From the NCBI RefSeq assembly GCF_008831285.2, contig NC_045138.2:6882001-6946000 (forward strand): a stretch of DNA of 64,000 nucleotides. The letters are read 5' to 3'. Below, piece after piece: positions 1 through 16,764 of the stretch. The notes beneath the pieces were generated by a model. The model was not told where the DNA came from and did no database searches. It worked only from the letters and a program-made list of their open reading frames with translations. Numbering within the stretch: the first letter of the stretch is position 1; every line of letters begins with the position of its first letter. This stretch comes from Nymphaea colorata (Eukaryota). A program made the translations under genes and the position numbers.

Positions 1-1867
1 ACCTTCAATTGTTCAAGAGCAAAGAAACTGCTGGACTATTCACCAATTGTGTCACTGAAGGTCTCAAACTTATACCAACTATTTTATGTTTAATTGTGAT
101 GAAATCTTTGCCCATATATTCGTTTTCTCACATTGCAGGAAGGCCTAAAAAGAACAATTGAGTCATTTTCTCACATGAAAGCTGAAGCAACCAGTATGAA
201 GAGAGATGGATCATCAAAAGCCGCTGAGTATCTTGGAGGCGGAAAAGGTGTGATGGTTGTAAAATATGAGTGTTTGATTTGTTGTTTTTGATGGAAAAAA
301 TAGTTTGTATTATGGTACCGTATATCTTTCAGTTGCAGACATACTCCTCTGGAAAGACAAAAAGCAGACACTTGGTGTGATGCTACTACTCTTTGCAGCA
401 TACTACCATTTCTTTATCTCTGGATATACAGTCATCACTGCTGTCTCAAAGCTACTGCTGTTGGTGATGGTATTCCTGTTTGTCAATAGAATCTTGCCTC
501 AGTCTGTGTATGTCCCTGCACTGAATTCTTATGTATCCGTTGATATTTTAATTCTGTTCCATTATAACCTATGTCACATGGGTGCGGGTACGATATGGGT
601 ACGGGTACAGGGAAACGAGTACGGACACGGCAATTTTCAAAGTTTTTGGATACGTGGATACGGCAAATTTTATATTCTCAAAAATGATAAAATGAAAAAA
701 AATCATTAAATTAATAGTTCTGATAAAAAAACGTGTCTTCTTCTACTGTTTTCTATAAGAGGAGAATTAATACAACGGGAAAAATCATACAAATCAACTT
801 CATTTTTTGGTTCGGATCGAATCTGGCCCAGACCCGATCCAAAACGTATCCACCCCATATCCCGTATCCATATTCCCATGTCGGCGTATCGACACGGGTA
901 CGTGGGCTAAACCCACGTATCCGTGTGTCGTAGATTATAACAATAGACCAATCATGTGTGGTTGGATGTTTCAATTTGGGGACTTCATTTTTTACTTGGA
1001 ATTGCCCCATGATATTTTGGTAGTTGTGATACCCAGCTGATTATGCTCTGACCAAATTTGGTCAGACCAAGGTACGTTACATGAACTATGGGTTGAGTAG
1101 GTCTCCTACTATGGACATGTCAAAAGGAACTTCATTTCTTGTCAGTTTGGATATGGTCTTAGTGCATGGTGGTTTGCATCATTAGAATCTTCATATATAA
1201 ATCCAGACTACCTGCCATCGACTTTTAAGATTGAAATGGTTCTTTTGCAGATTTGGCTACAAAATAGAGAAGGTGCCTGCTGCCTGCTTTGAGATATCTG
1301 GAGATGTGGCCCGTCATGCAACAATTGCTGTCATGTCTATTTGGAATTCTATGGTGGGTGTTCTCATGTCAGTTTCTCGAGGGAAGGATTGGGCACTTTT
1401 TTCTAAGGTTAGTTGCATTTTTTTTACTGTATTGGCTGAAAGGGACAATTCTTATGTAGTTGTATGATTCATTTTTTAAGGCATTTATGTTGCTCATTTC
1501 ATGGTGCCCAACCTCTAAATCAAAATTGGTTTCATTGGAAATGCTCTCTTTTGTGTATCTACCAGCTTCATTTTCGATTCATCTATTGGAGAAATAGCTT
1601 TTGACCGTTTTAATAATGCCATTTCTTGTGTTTCATTCGTCTTACATTTTTATGGACCAGGTGGTTGCATTGCTTTTGATCACAAGCATTCTTGGAGCTT
1701 TTTCAACAAAAACGTTTATTGGAATAGGTTGAAGTCCCAACGAGATCTGATGCACTTTTAAGCAATATCGAGGAACTGTTCATGTGCTTATTACCTTAAT
1801 TACCGTTGCAGGTATCCTTTTTGCATTCACAGCGTTCTATGCCTATGAGAAGATGAAGACTGGCTGA
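1..1867 (+). CDS. 3BETAHSD/D: 3beta-hydroxysteroid dehydrogenase/C4-decarboxylase with C-terminal reticulon domain (3betaHSD/D2, RTNLB19-like), 5'-partial
   Basis: Exons 1-60, 139-247, 333-507, 1251-1407, 1661-1727, 1812-1867, all GT-AG and frame-consistent. Translation TFNCSRAKKLLDYSPIVSLK/EGLKRTIESFSH..LGGGK/VADILLWKDKKQT../FGYKIEKVPA..GKDWALFSK/..AFYAYEKMKTG* matches the recalled SDR C-terminus plus reticulon signature of Arabidopsis 3betaHSD/D2. Confidence 0.9.
569..933. mobile_element. Non-autonomous hAT-type MITE in 3betaHSD/D intron
   Basis: Perfect 8-bp TSD ATTATAAC (561-568, 934-941); imperfect TIRs CTATGTCACATGG...CCGTGTGTCGTAG; GGGTAC/GTATCC subterminal repeats. Confidence 0.85.
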
Positions 1868-2188
1868 TTGATTTTGGAATTGGTTTCTTTACCGAGTGAA
1901 GACCGCTGTGGCCCATAAATTGCTTAGCTCCATGAGGAGAGTGTGTGTCTTGATGAATCCTGCGAACTTCATAAGTAGTATTAGTCTCTAATTAAGGTTA
2001 TTCTTTTATTTGTATGATATAACCTGCATATTTTGAGGGGCCACCTCCCACTTGTAGTTGGTTAATGTGCATGGTTTTGTGGCTTGGTGTGCTTGAGTTC
2101 ACCAACTTGACAGTTTATACTCCCTGGAGTTTATTTATTCACATACAGGAAGATGGTTGAAGGGTTAACGCAGCTTCTTGGTGAAAGC

Positions 2189-2341
2189 AAGATTGGCCGG
2201 AAGATTCTTGCACCAACCTTGGCCGATTCAAGATCCATCTTAATTTTTTGGTGAATTTTAAGATTGGCAGGAAGATTCTTGCACCAACCTTGGCCGATTC
2301 AAGATCCATTTTAATTTTTTGGTGCATTTTAAGATTGGCAG
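2189..2341 (+). repeat. 71-bp tandem repeat, about 2.15 copies
   Basis: AAGATTGGC..GAAGATTCTTGCACCAACCTTGGCCGATTCAAGATCC unit starts at 2189 and 2260, with a partial copy at 2331. Confidence 0.9.
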
Positions 2342-3830
2342 TTTGGATGGTTGCACTATCATCACATTTATGAATCTGCGAAATTTTTGAGAAGCTATAA
2401 TTATCTTCTTGTTAAACCCTGAGTTCAAGCAACTCTGGTTAGTGGATGGCTGAAGATGTTCTGTTCCTGTATTCGAGAACAAGGTGTTCTCTTGCTTTTT
2501 GGCCGTCAGTTAGCTAAGAAATGGCCTGGATCATGGAAAATTGGCTGGTTCTGCATTGCCCAGCAAAGAAAATACCATGTTCTGGCGGGAAACGACCGGA
2601 TATACGATTGGGAATGTCCAGGCACAGGGCAGCCTCCCCATACACCATGCTGGTGGTTAACGCCTTCCTTCAAGCATGGCTAGGATGAGTTGGGTTTTAA
2701 GAAGGTGCATATTTATATTCTTCTAGTCATCGCGAGCCTGATCAATTTTAACTCGAAAAGTGTACGTAACTTGTTAATGGCTTTGTTGAAAAACGCGTTC
2801 CAGAACAAATAGATGTTCACATTAGGCAACCTGAGACGATGTGTTCTTGGTTGAGTCCTGATCTCTGGTAGGAGTCGATATTTTCGCCTGTGTTCACTTC
2901 AGTTTCGTTGTATCTTTTTTTCCCGCTGAAGTACAAGTCATATTCAAATGTAACTGTAATTTTTTGAGCCGACTCTTTCTGATCTTTTTAAGCCGAGTTA
3001 CCAAGTCAGTGATTGAGGATGTGTGTTATATATATGAAATTTGTGAAGTCATAATAAATTTACAGCAGATGCAAACCAGCCCTTATGGTATTCAATTTCA
3101 AAACCTTTCTAGTGGGATTCTGAACTATGCTACCATATTTTGACGGGCTTTTGAGGAACAATTACCCCAAGTGAAGTTTAGGAATTAATAACCCTTTTTT
3201 CCTTTTTATCACAATGAAGTGTGTCTCCTCAAATCTGACGAGCACTGGAGGAGTCGATTATTATTGGCAATTCCAAATCCACAACAAAATATTTTATAAA
3301 CTAAGTAACCATAATCTACCATGGTTTCAAATGTTAAAACACACACACACACACACACGTGAAGAGGGAGAGAATGGATCCAACCGCCTGTGCGACACAT
3401 ACATATATGTAGGAAACTAAAACTTGTCGGCTGCTAGTTGATCAAATATTTAAAACCTGTGGCTAAATGCGTCATAATTCATTGCTAAAAATATCATAAG
3501 TTATTGCTATACCATAAATTGTTGCTGGTTCTTCAATTGCATTGTATTTTTAATAATGAATTTTTAATATTTTATAATCTAACTATATATATAAATTGCA
3601 TGCTGACTAACTTTTTAGAGTCAGCCATTTAATTTGAACCGTTCAATCTAAAATGATAAACGGTAAAAGAAAAAACAATGAGAAAAAGTACTGGGTATTT
3701 TTGTCATTTAGTATTTGTTCTTACCTTTTTTCCTGTGTTTTTCCATCAACCATTTGCATCAAATGAAGGGCCTTGGTTAGATAGCTCGGTGACTCTAGAT
3801 AGCTAGAGTCATTATTTACTCACTCAACAT

Positions 3831-3863
<33 letters not shown>

Positions 3864-3969
3864 AATCCTGTGGCTGATGCACTATAATCTAATGTTAAAA
3901 CACTATAAATTATCATTATACCAATTGTTAGTACTTCTATTGTATGGTAATTTTAGTAACGGTTTTAAA

Positions 3970-4150
3970 TAGTAGTGGAGCTACTTGTTGGCTGGGGTGG
4001 GCCACTACCCACACCAACCCATGGAAAATTTCATTCTAATACATTAACTTCACAGTGTTATGACTCTAAAATTATATATATAATGCTTACACCAAAATTC
4101 TTTCACAAACTCAAATTCCCCACGGATGAGAAATCTTGGTTCCCCCACTG
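3970..4150. mobile_element. Degenerate short MITE (CAGTGGCGGAGC-type TIR)
   Basis: Ends TAGTAGTGGAGC...GGTTCCCCCACTG resemble the element at 57504-57630; flanks GTTTTAAA/ATTTAAAA are a decayed TSD. Confidence 0.5.
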
Positions 4151-4720
4151 ATTTAAAATGTTATGCCATTCAACAATATTGTTATATAGCTTATTTCAAC
4201 TACACACAAATCTAACATCTTGGGATATTCAATGTTTAAAAAAATGCCAACATGTACGTCAGGTTTTTTTTTTTTCAAATTTTGTGAGCTTGGATATTTT
4301 GTTTCATTCACGCTGTTAGGTTGTGGAAATTAACTAAAATAACTAGGTAAAACTAAGTTTAGATATCACACTTTATGAACCATCAATTTTTTTTTATCAA
4401 AAACTTATAAGTCAGTTCACATACTCCTTTGATAAATTTTAATGCGATAAGTGTTATCCTAATCCGCCTATAAGCAGCAAGCGCATCAATTATTGGGAAA
4501 CCCACCATCTGTCAAGCGTTCCAATACCAGATTCAATTGGTAGACCCTTTTTTTTTTCAATAGCAAGCTGCAACTGATAATTCAAAAGTTTGAGGCCCTC
4601 CCTGGGATTATGGACAAAATGGAAGGCTTTGCCTTGAAACTGCCAGACTTGAAGATCTTTTTCGTCCAAGACCAACGATAACGTGTACGTTATAGTAATT
4701 TTCTCTATTCTCACGTCACT

Positions 4721-4772
4721 CCCCGCCAAAACTTAGAGCCACGTTCCCCTCCTCTTTGTTTTCCCGCCAAAA
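4721..4772. promoter_or_regulatory. E2F binding sites in MCM3 promoter
   Basis: TTTCCCGCCAAA at 4760-4771 holds overlapping TTTCCCGC (+) and TTTGGCGG (-); a second CCCGCCAAA lies at 4722-4730. Both are 130-180 bp upstream of the ATG. MCM genes are established E2F targets. Confidence 0.85.
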
Positions 4773-4898
4773 AGGGCGAGCGGGTTTAAGGGTTTTTCTC
4801 GCCCCCCGCTCTCTCTCTCTCTCTTGCAAGGAGACGCCATTGACGCACCTGCTCTCTCTCTCTCTCTCCCCGTCGCTTGCTCCTCCTGGTAGGCAGAG

Positions 4899-10327
<5,429 letters not shown>

Positions 10328-11686
10328 TTGAAAGTGGGAAGAAAGAAGCCTATGAATTGTCAGTCATCTAGCTACACGCAGACGCTGGATACAAGCAACT
10401 GCATACATGTACCATAGTATGCACAATGTTTTCATGGCTAACTTTTTTTAAATTACCATTTGCATTATTATGATTGTAATATCTACGAAAGATTTATTGG
10501 CTAATTTTTTACAATAATGTTTGTATGCTCAGTCTCAGTTGGCTTAAGATCACATATCCAATACATTGTATTCTGGGTTTGTTGTCCAGACCTAGGTAAC
10601 GAACATCTGCTCGAGATTATCCCCAACGTTGATCCCCTTGAATTACCACCATGCATCCACAGCAATATAGGTTGGATGTGGTTGCCTTAAATCAATTTGG
10701 GTTCTTTTATCACGGGTCTGGCTATATAATGATGCATTGGACACGTTGCCATGTAACCAGGATAAGCTTGAGTTATATCCCTTCTCAAAGTGTCCACGGC
10801 AAAGAATGTGACTCAGATTTTTATTTTGCCTGTCTAATGGGGTTAATGATTGAGCTGTCTCAAGGAATTCTGTCTGGCTCTGCTCCTTGGCGCACATTGG
10901 CTAGCAGGATGCTTTCAGTTCCTTGTTGAAAGACTATTCGTGAAGCTTTAAGATGCTCTAGCAAGGACACGATGAACGTTCTGGTATCAATTCCAGAAAG
11001 TTTGTTTAAGTGTAGAAGGGAATGCATTTCCAAATGATTAAACATCATACATAAGCTTTTAACTGGACGTACAACAGCTGTTTTTCAACATTTTGCAAAT
11101 ATGTGTCGAGATCCCCTACTTCATACCCGTGTCTCAATGGGATACCCGTGCCTGCTACGCACCAACCGCATAGTTCTTAAGTCCTCCATTTAAATCTCTA
11201 GCTTGTCCATGTCCTTTGCACCCGATTAGTAATGTTGAGTGGGATATACTTGCTAGTTTATCTGTCAATTATCATAAATAGGCTTTTTGCAATATGGAGT
11301 TTATTTTTTACAGGTTGAGCCGTTGAGGTACGTGCAGGAGCATATTTGAAAGAGAATTCTAAAACTGGCATTCAAGATTCCGCTTTTCTCCCAACATTAA
11401 CAAATTGGCATCCAAGTACCACTTATTGCAATATCACAAATTGAAAAGAAAAAATTATTACATGAGGCAACACCAGTTCACCCCGAGGAAAATTGACGAA
11501 TCCATTTTTAGTTATTTTCGAAGAAAAACAAAAATTTAAGCACGAAACAGCCAACACAACCACTCGATGCACATGAATGAAATTTAAATAGCCCATCTCC
11601 GCAAGTTGAAGCTAGTGCTGCAACTTTTTCTGCAGACTCCATAATGTGCAGGATCAGTATTAAAAGCTCGTAGGTGGTGAAAAGAT

Positions 11687-11880
11687 CTAACCGTTGAAAC
11701 TGAAGTTGCCTGGTTCATTGTAGTTAAGCTCTAATTGCCCCTTCTTTTCAATTTGGAAGCCTCTGATACGTACTTCCTCAGCAAGAGAACAATCCTTGTA
11801 GTCAACAGCCCTTATCTCCCAACCTTCATTCTTCACGTGCCCATTCAACTTCACCTGAATAATTATTAACTCAGTATCAG

Positions 11881-11929
<49 letters not shown>

Positions 11930-14900
11930 GGTCATTTCAATCATGAAAGCATAAAAGAATCTACAATGAAAGGTACCAAATTGACTTCAACAAGCTAAAA
12001 ACAAAGACCTGAAAAAATCCTATAAAAAATAAGCCATAATTCTCCGTCCATACTACCAAACAGGACAACAGAGTAAAGCATGATTCTTTAGATGGATACA
12101 TTTGCAAAATTTTCGGGCGTGGTAATTGAGCAAAATAAGCATTGATTCTTGATTGATCCTGTTAATCACATCCATACAGTTAGCATTGCAAATATCAGCT
12201 TTTGTGCTTAATAGTCACAAACAAGAGATTTACACACATGTATATATAGAAAAATTGAAATCAGTCTGGCTGCCTCTGTGGTCGAATGGTCTCTTTTATC
12301 TCAATTTTGTGTCACATAAAAACTGTCGCAAAAAGTGCATTTTGTTGCTAAAATAGGGACCAAATAATTGTTGTCGCTAATGCACCTTTTTGTGATGGTT
12401 TTTAGCAACAGAAAATAAATAAAAGAAAAACGCCATATATATATATATATATATATAGGAAAGTTAGTAAATACCAGACCACTATGTAAGAGATAAAAAC
12501 AAGACCTAATAAAATTTACTAAAGCTTCTTTTTTTTTGGTAATCTAACTTTAGAGAGATGATCTTAAGAGTAATTCAGTGAGAAACATACATTAAGTTCA
12601 TTTTTTACTTAATGTTTTTTTAACCATCAAAAAATGAAAGGCTCTTATCACATCAAAATTTTGATAGTAGAAAAGTCAATTCTTTTACAAAAATAACCAA
12701 TGTTGTAAGAAGCGTACGCTTCTTACAAAATAAAAGTGACTCGAGGTGTTTTTTCAAAAAAACGCCTTAAGGCAGGGGTGTGAGGTGCACGCATCCCTGA
12801 AGCATGCGCCTCATATGGTAGAGGCGTATGCCTCCATCTGTGGTCGTTCAATGCTTGAGGCGTATGCCTCAAGGACATCTCCCCAACATTCTGTTCTCTG
12901 TTTTGCCGCCAACCCATAGATCAGTTGAGGATCACGGCAAATCGGTGGAACATTTGAGCAATCGGCCACCGTGGTTATCTTCCTCACATCCTAAGGAGTT
13001 TCTGGACAAATTTTGAGGCAAATCCGACCACAGACCGCAGAGAAATCCTACACGGCCAGAATCCGGTGGAAATCGGCGGCGATTTCCAGAATTCCACCGC
13101 CAGTTGGCGGCAATGACCCCAATCTCGTTAGAAATTGGGGAAAACTCCAAATCTGGTGATCTGACTTTCGTATAATCTTTTCTAAAGTTGATTTGATCAA
13201 TTCCTTGCATTTGATTTGGGGATTTTCGTTTAATTCGCCTGAAATCGAGAAGAATCGAAGAGGAGCACGGTGGTCGCCTGTTCTATCCTGCGACAGTTCG
13301 AGGTCTTCCATAGGGGTGTGATTCTTGTAGAAGCATCAGATTGAGACCAAATTTTGAGTGTCTATTCCTAATCATATAACGAAGCTATGGACCAATTTTC
13401 AGCTCAATCGGAGGTCGGATGAATTTTATAAAAATCTGCGAGCGACAACAACTCCTGAACCAGCCTGTTGCTGCAGAGACGCCTGAAAACTCTGAACGAG
13501 GCAGAGCCTCAAGCATCCCCGATTTCGCACAGCAAATTGGGGCAAATTCCCTCTCTGGTGATACGCTCAACCATTTTCAGTTGTATCGTCTCCTTTCCAT
13601 TCTAAAGGTGCAACGCTCTACCATTTTCAGTTGTATCGATCTCCTTTCCTTCCCTCCTCTTCCCCTTCTAAAGGTGCAAGTGGGTTTGATCAGGACCAGT
13701 TTTGGGTCAAATTTTATGAGGCTCTCTTCTTTGTCAGGTCTAGAAAATGGGATTCAATTCCCTCCAATTTAAATTGGGTTTGGACCGGCGGCAAGCATGG
13801 GCTTGCTTCTTAGTTATCTTGATATGGCAACCATTGTTCTTTATTGATATGCTTAGGATTGTAGTAATTTTTTTTCAGTTTTGTTGTTATTTTATAAATA
13901 TTATATAATTCACAAATTTGTCCGTGAAGCTTACACTTCAATTAACGCCTCGCCTCGCCTCGCCTCATAAGAGGTTCAACGCCTCGCCTCGCTTTCTCGC
14001 CTTTTACAACATTGAAAATAACTTAAACTAAAATATGATTTACATTAAATTAGAGTTTATAAACATAGTAAGAGGTTTACATTTTGCTTAGAATACTTTT
14101 TAACACAACTTTAAGAGGGCCGGTGGCCTGCCTCAGCTGTGCAGCTGCATCCCGATTCACACACCCGATAAATATATATATATATATATATGTAGAGAGA
14201 GAGAGAGAGAGAGAGAGCAAGGCAGTACTTATTTTCCCACATCCGATGCTCTTCGTTCATTCAACCTTATAAATATGATGTCTGTATAGCTCTACATCCT
14301 ATGTTGTCAACAGCCTAGGCTTTTCTTGTCGACAACTTAAATTCGGTTCTTTGTTTTTCCTCTTATTCTTTTCCTTCTTCTGAGATAATTCTTTTCTACT
14401 TCTGTTTTTTGTGCAGTATTTTCTTTTCTCTTGCAATAGCATTAAATTATATGTGCATGCAAGGATAAACACTTAGAGCAATGGTTGGAAACTTGGAATT
14501 ATAATTCATATGTTATTAACTTATTATACTTCAAATATTTTGTGCTAAGATCTTCCTAAGCTAAGCAGACTCTTCTATTTTGCTGTCGCACCAGAGTCGA
14601 CTTGACGCAGCCTCAGGTGTGGCTCCGACTCGCACCCGAGCCCAGTCAACGCGAGTCGGATGTGGTCGGCCGTACTAGACTATATTCGTCCAATTCCGAA
14701 GTGCACCTGACTAGCATCAAACTCGAATCGGGTGCGGTCAACCTGCGTCCGATCTAAATGTGTCTCATTTTTTCGGTCTTTTGTTTTAATTTGTTAAAAT
14801 ATAAACGAAAAGGGGGTTAGGGCTTTGACTTTTTCAGTCAAAGCCCTCACCTCTGCTTCCTTTGCCCATGCCTGCTGTGCAGCTTTCTCCTCCTTTCGGC

Positions 14901-15799
14901 GATCTTCACGTTTTTTTAGTGACCGGCAGGCAATCTTCCACAAGCGGCGACAGTTTTTAACCTTTTTCCGACGACAAGCGGCATTGATTCAGCCACCATC
15001 CAACAACAAGGTCACGAGAGGCAATGCTGCACTGAGACTCCACCATTGCCATCTCCTATAGTGACAAGAGCCGCTGCGCCTCCACCCAAATCCGTTGCAA
15101 AACAAACAGATTGAAGCTGAAGACTCTGAACTCACCATAACCCAACCACACGCTACATTCCGGCACGAGGAATCGCTCCATCTGTTTGTTTTCTTGCTGT
15201 AGCCTTGTGTGTTTGTCTTTCATTGCATCTCTTTTAAGTTTTAAGTCAATTTTACTGCTGTTTGATACTTTCATATCATGTCATCGTGGTATACAGCCTA
15301 TATGCCTAAACAGTATACGGTTCTCAAGTTCTCATGTTCTGTACTTCTGCAGTTCTGTGCATCATGGAATACACTGCTGAGTGGTGGACTGCAATTGCTA
15401 TTATTGCTGTATACATTTTAGCATTTTATTTTAGATGCTTGTTCAGTTGTTCTTGAATCTACTATAAAAGTTTCAAAGTTCAACTAACAAATATATATTG
15501 TCAGCCATGTATATATACTTTGCAAGTGATATAGTGATATATTGTCATGTTATAAACTTACAATATATAATATAATCTTTTGCATGTATGCATTATGCAG
15601 CCGACCACCGGGGTCTGTCCTTTTGAAGTTTTAACTTCAAATCTTCAATTTCTGCTTCTATGATTCTATCATTTTTTTATGCTCTATGTTAGACTGTTAG
15701 TATGTTATATTACTAAATTACTATATATAATATATGTTGTTTTGATATTTTCATATGCAATAATAATAATACAAACATGCACATGCTGTTATCTATCTA

Positions 15800-15847
<48 letters not shown>

Positions 15848-16689
15848 AAATTAATAATAATAATAAAATATCATCGCCGCACCGCCACACCTAAATTTTT
15901 TGGGATGTGCCTCTCCGGCACCCACACCCGCACCTTGCACCTATATGACATAGCTTCTAAGTCTATAACTTGCTGATATATGTAATTATCATCTTGATAC
16001 TTTTTCTTCTTTAAGAGAATTATAACAGAAGATAATTTATGGCAGGGTTAATAGGAACTATGATAAGATTGAAGATTTGTGTTCCCATTTTTTTATTAGA
16101 TTAGTAATTTTCAGTTTTGTTTTAGGATTTCGAATTAATTTAGAAATTAGAATTAGAGATTCAGCAGTTAACATTTAGGAAATGGAAAGATTTTGTGTGC
16201 TCTATAAGTTATAACATTTAAAAACATTTAACTGTAGACATTTTTTTTGCTATATAACTTGCAAAACTTAAATTGTTCAACTTTATTAACTTTGATTTTT
16301 CAAACATTTAGTTATGTTTATTATCATGTTATGAAATGTTTAACTTGTTTGTGTTATCATGCACCTTAATTGTTTTGTCGCTATAAGTTGACAGTTACAG
16401 GTTTTCGATTAAGAAATGCTTCCATTTCATTACTAGCTTTAATAATTACCATTTCATTTTAAGGGTTTCCCTTTTTGAGGATGTGCTGATTAATGTGCCT
16501 ACGCTCTAAGCTCATTTAACTATTTAGGCACTGCCTTTATAATGTATTAACAATCTTTATGTGACTATGTAACTCAGTATGCATATGTGATTGTATATAA
16601 TAATGTTTAATATTACATTTTATTAGTTTTTGCATTTTCTTTTCTTTTTCTTTGTACCACTGAAACAGTCTTGCCTAGACATCAAGCAA

Positions 16690-16764
<75 letters not shown>

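Noticed and set aside
2456..2683. 75-aa ORF downstream of 3betaHSD/D
   Set aside because: No recognisable motif or splice context.
12723..13813. Cluster of overlapping ORFs as genes
   Set aside because: All lie inside a TIR/TSD-bounded element; GC richness explains the open frames.
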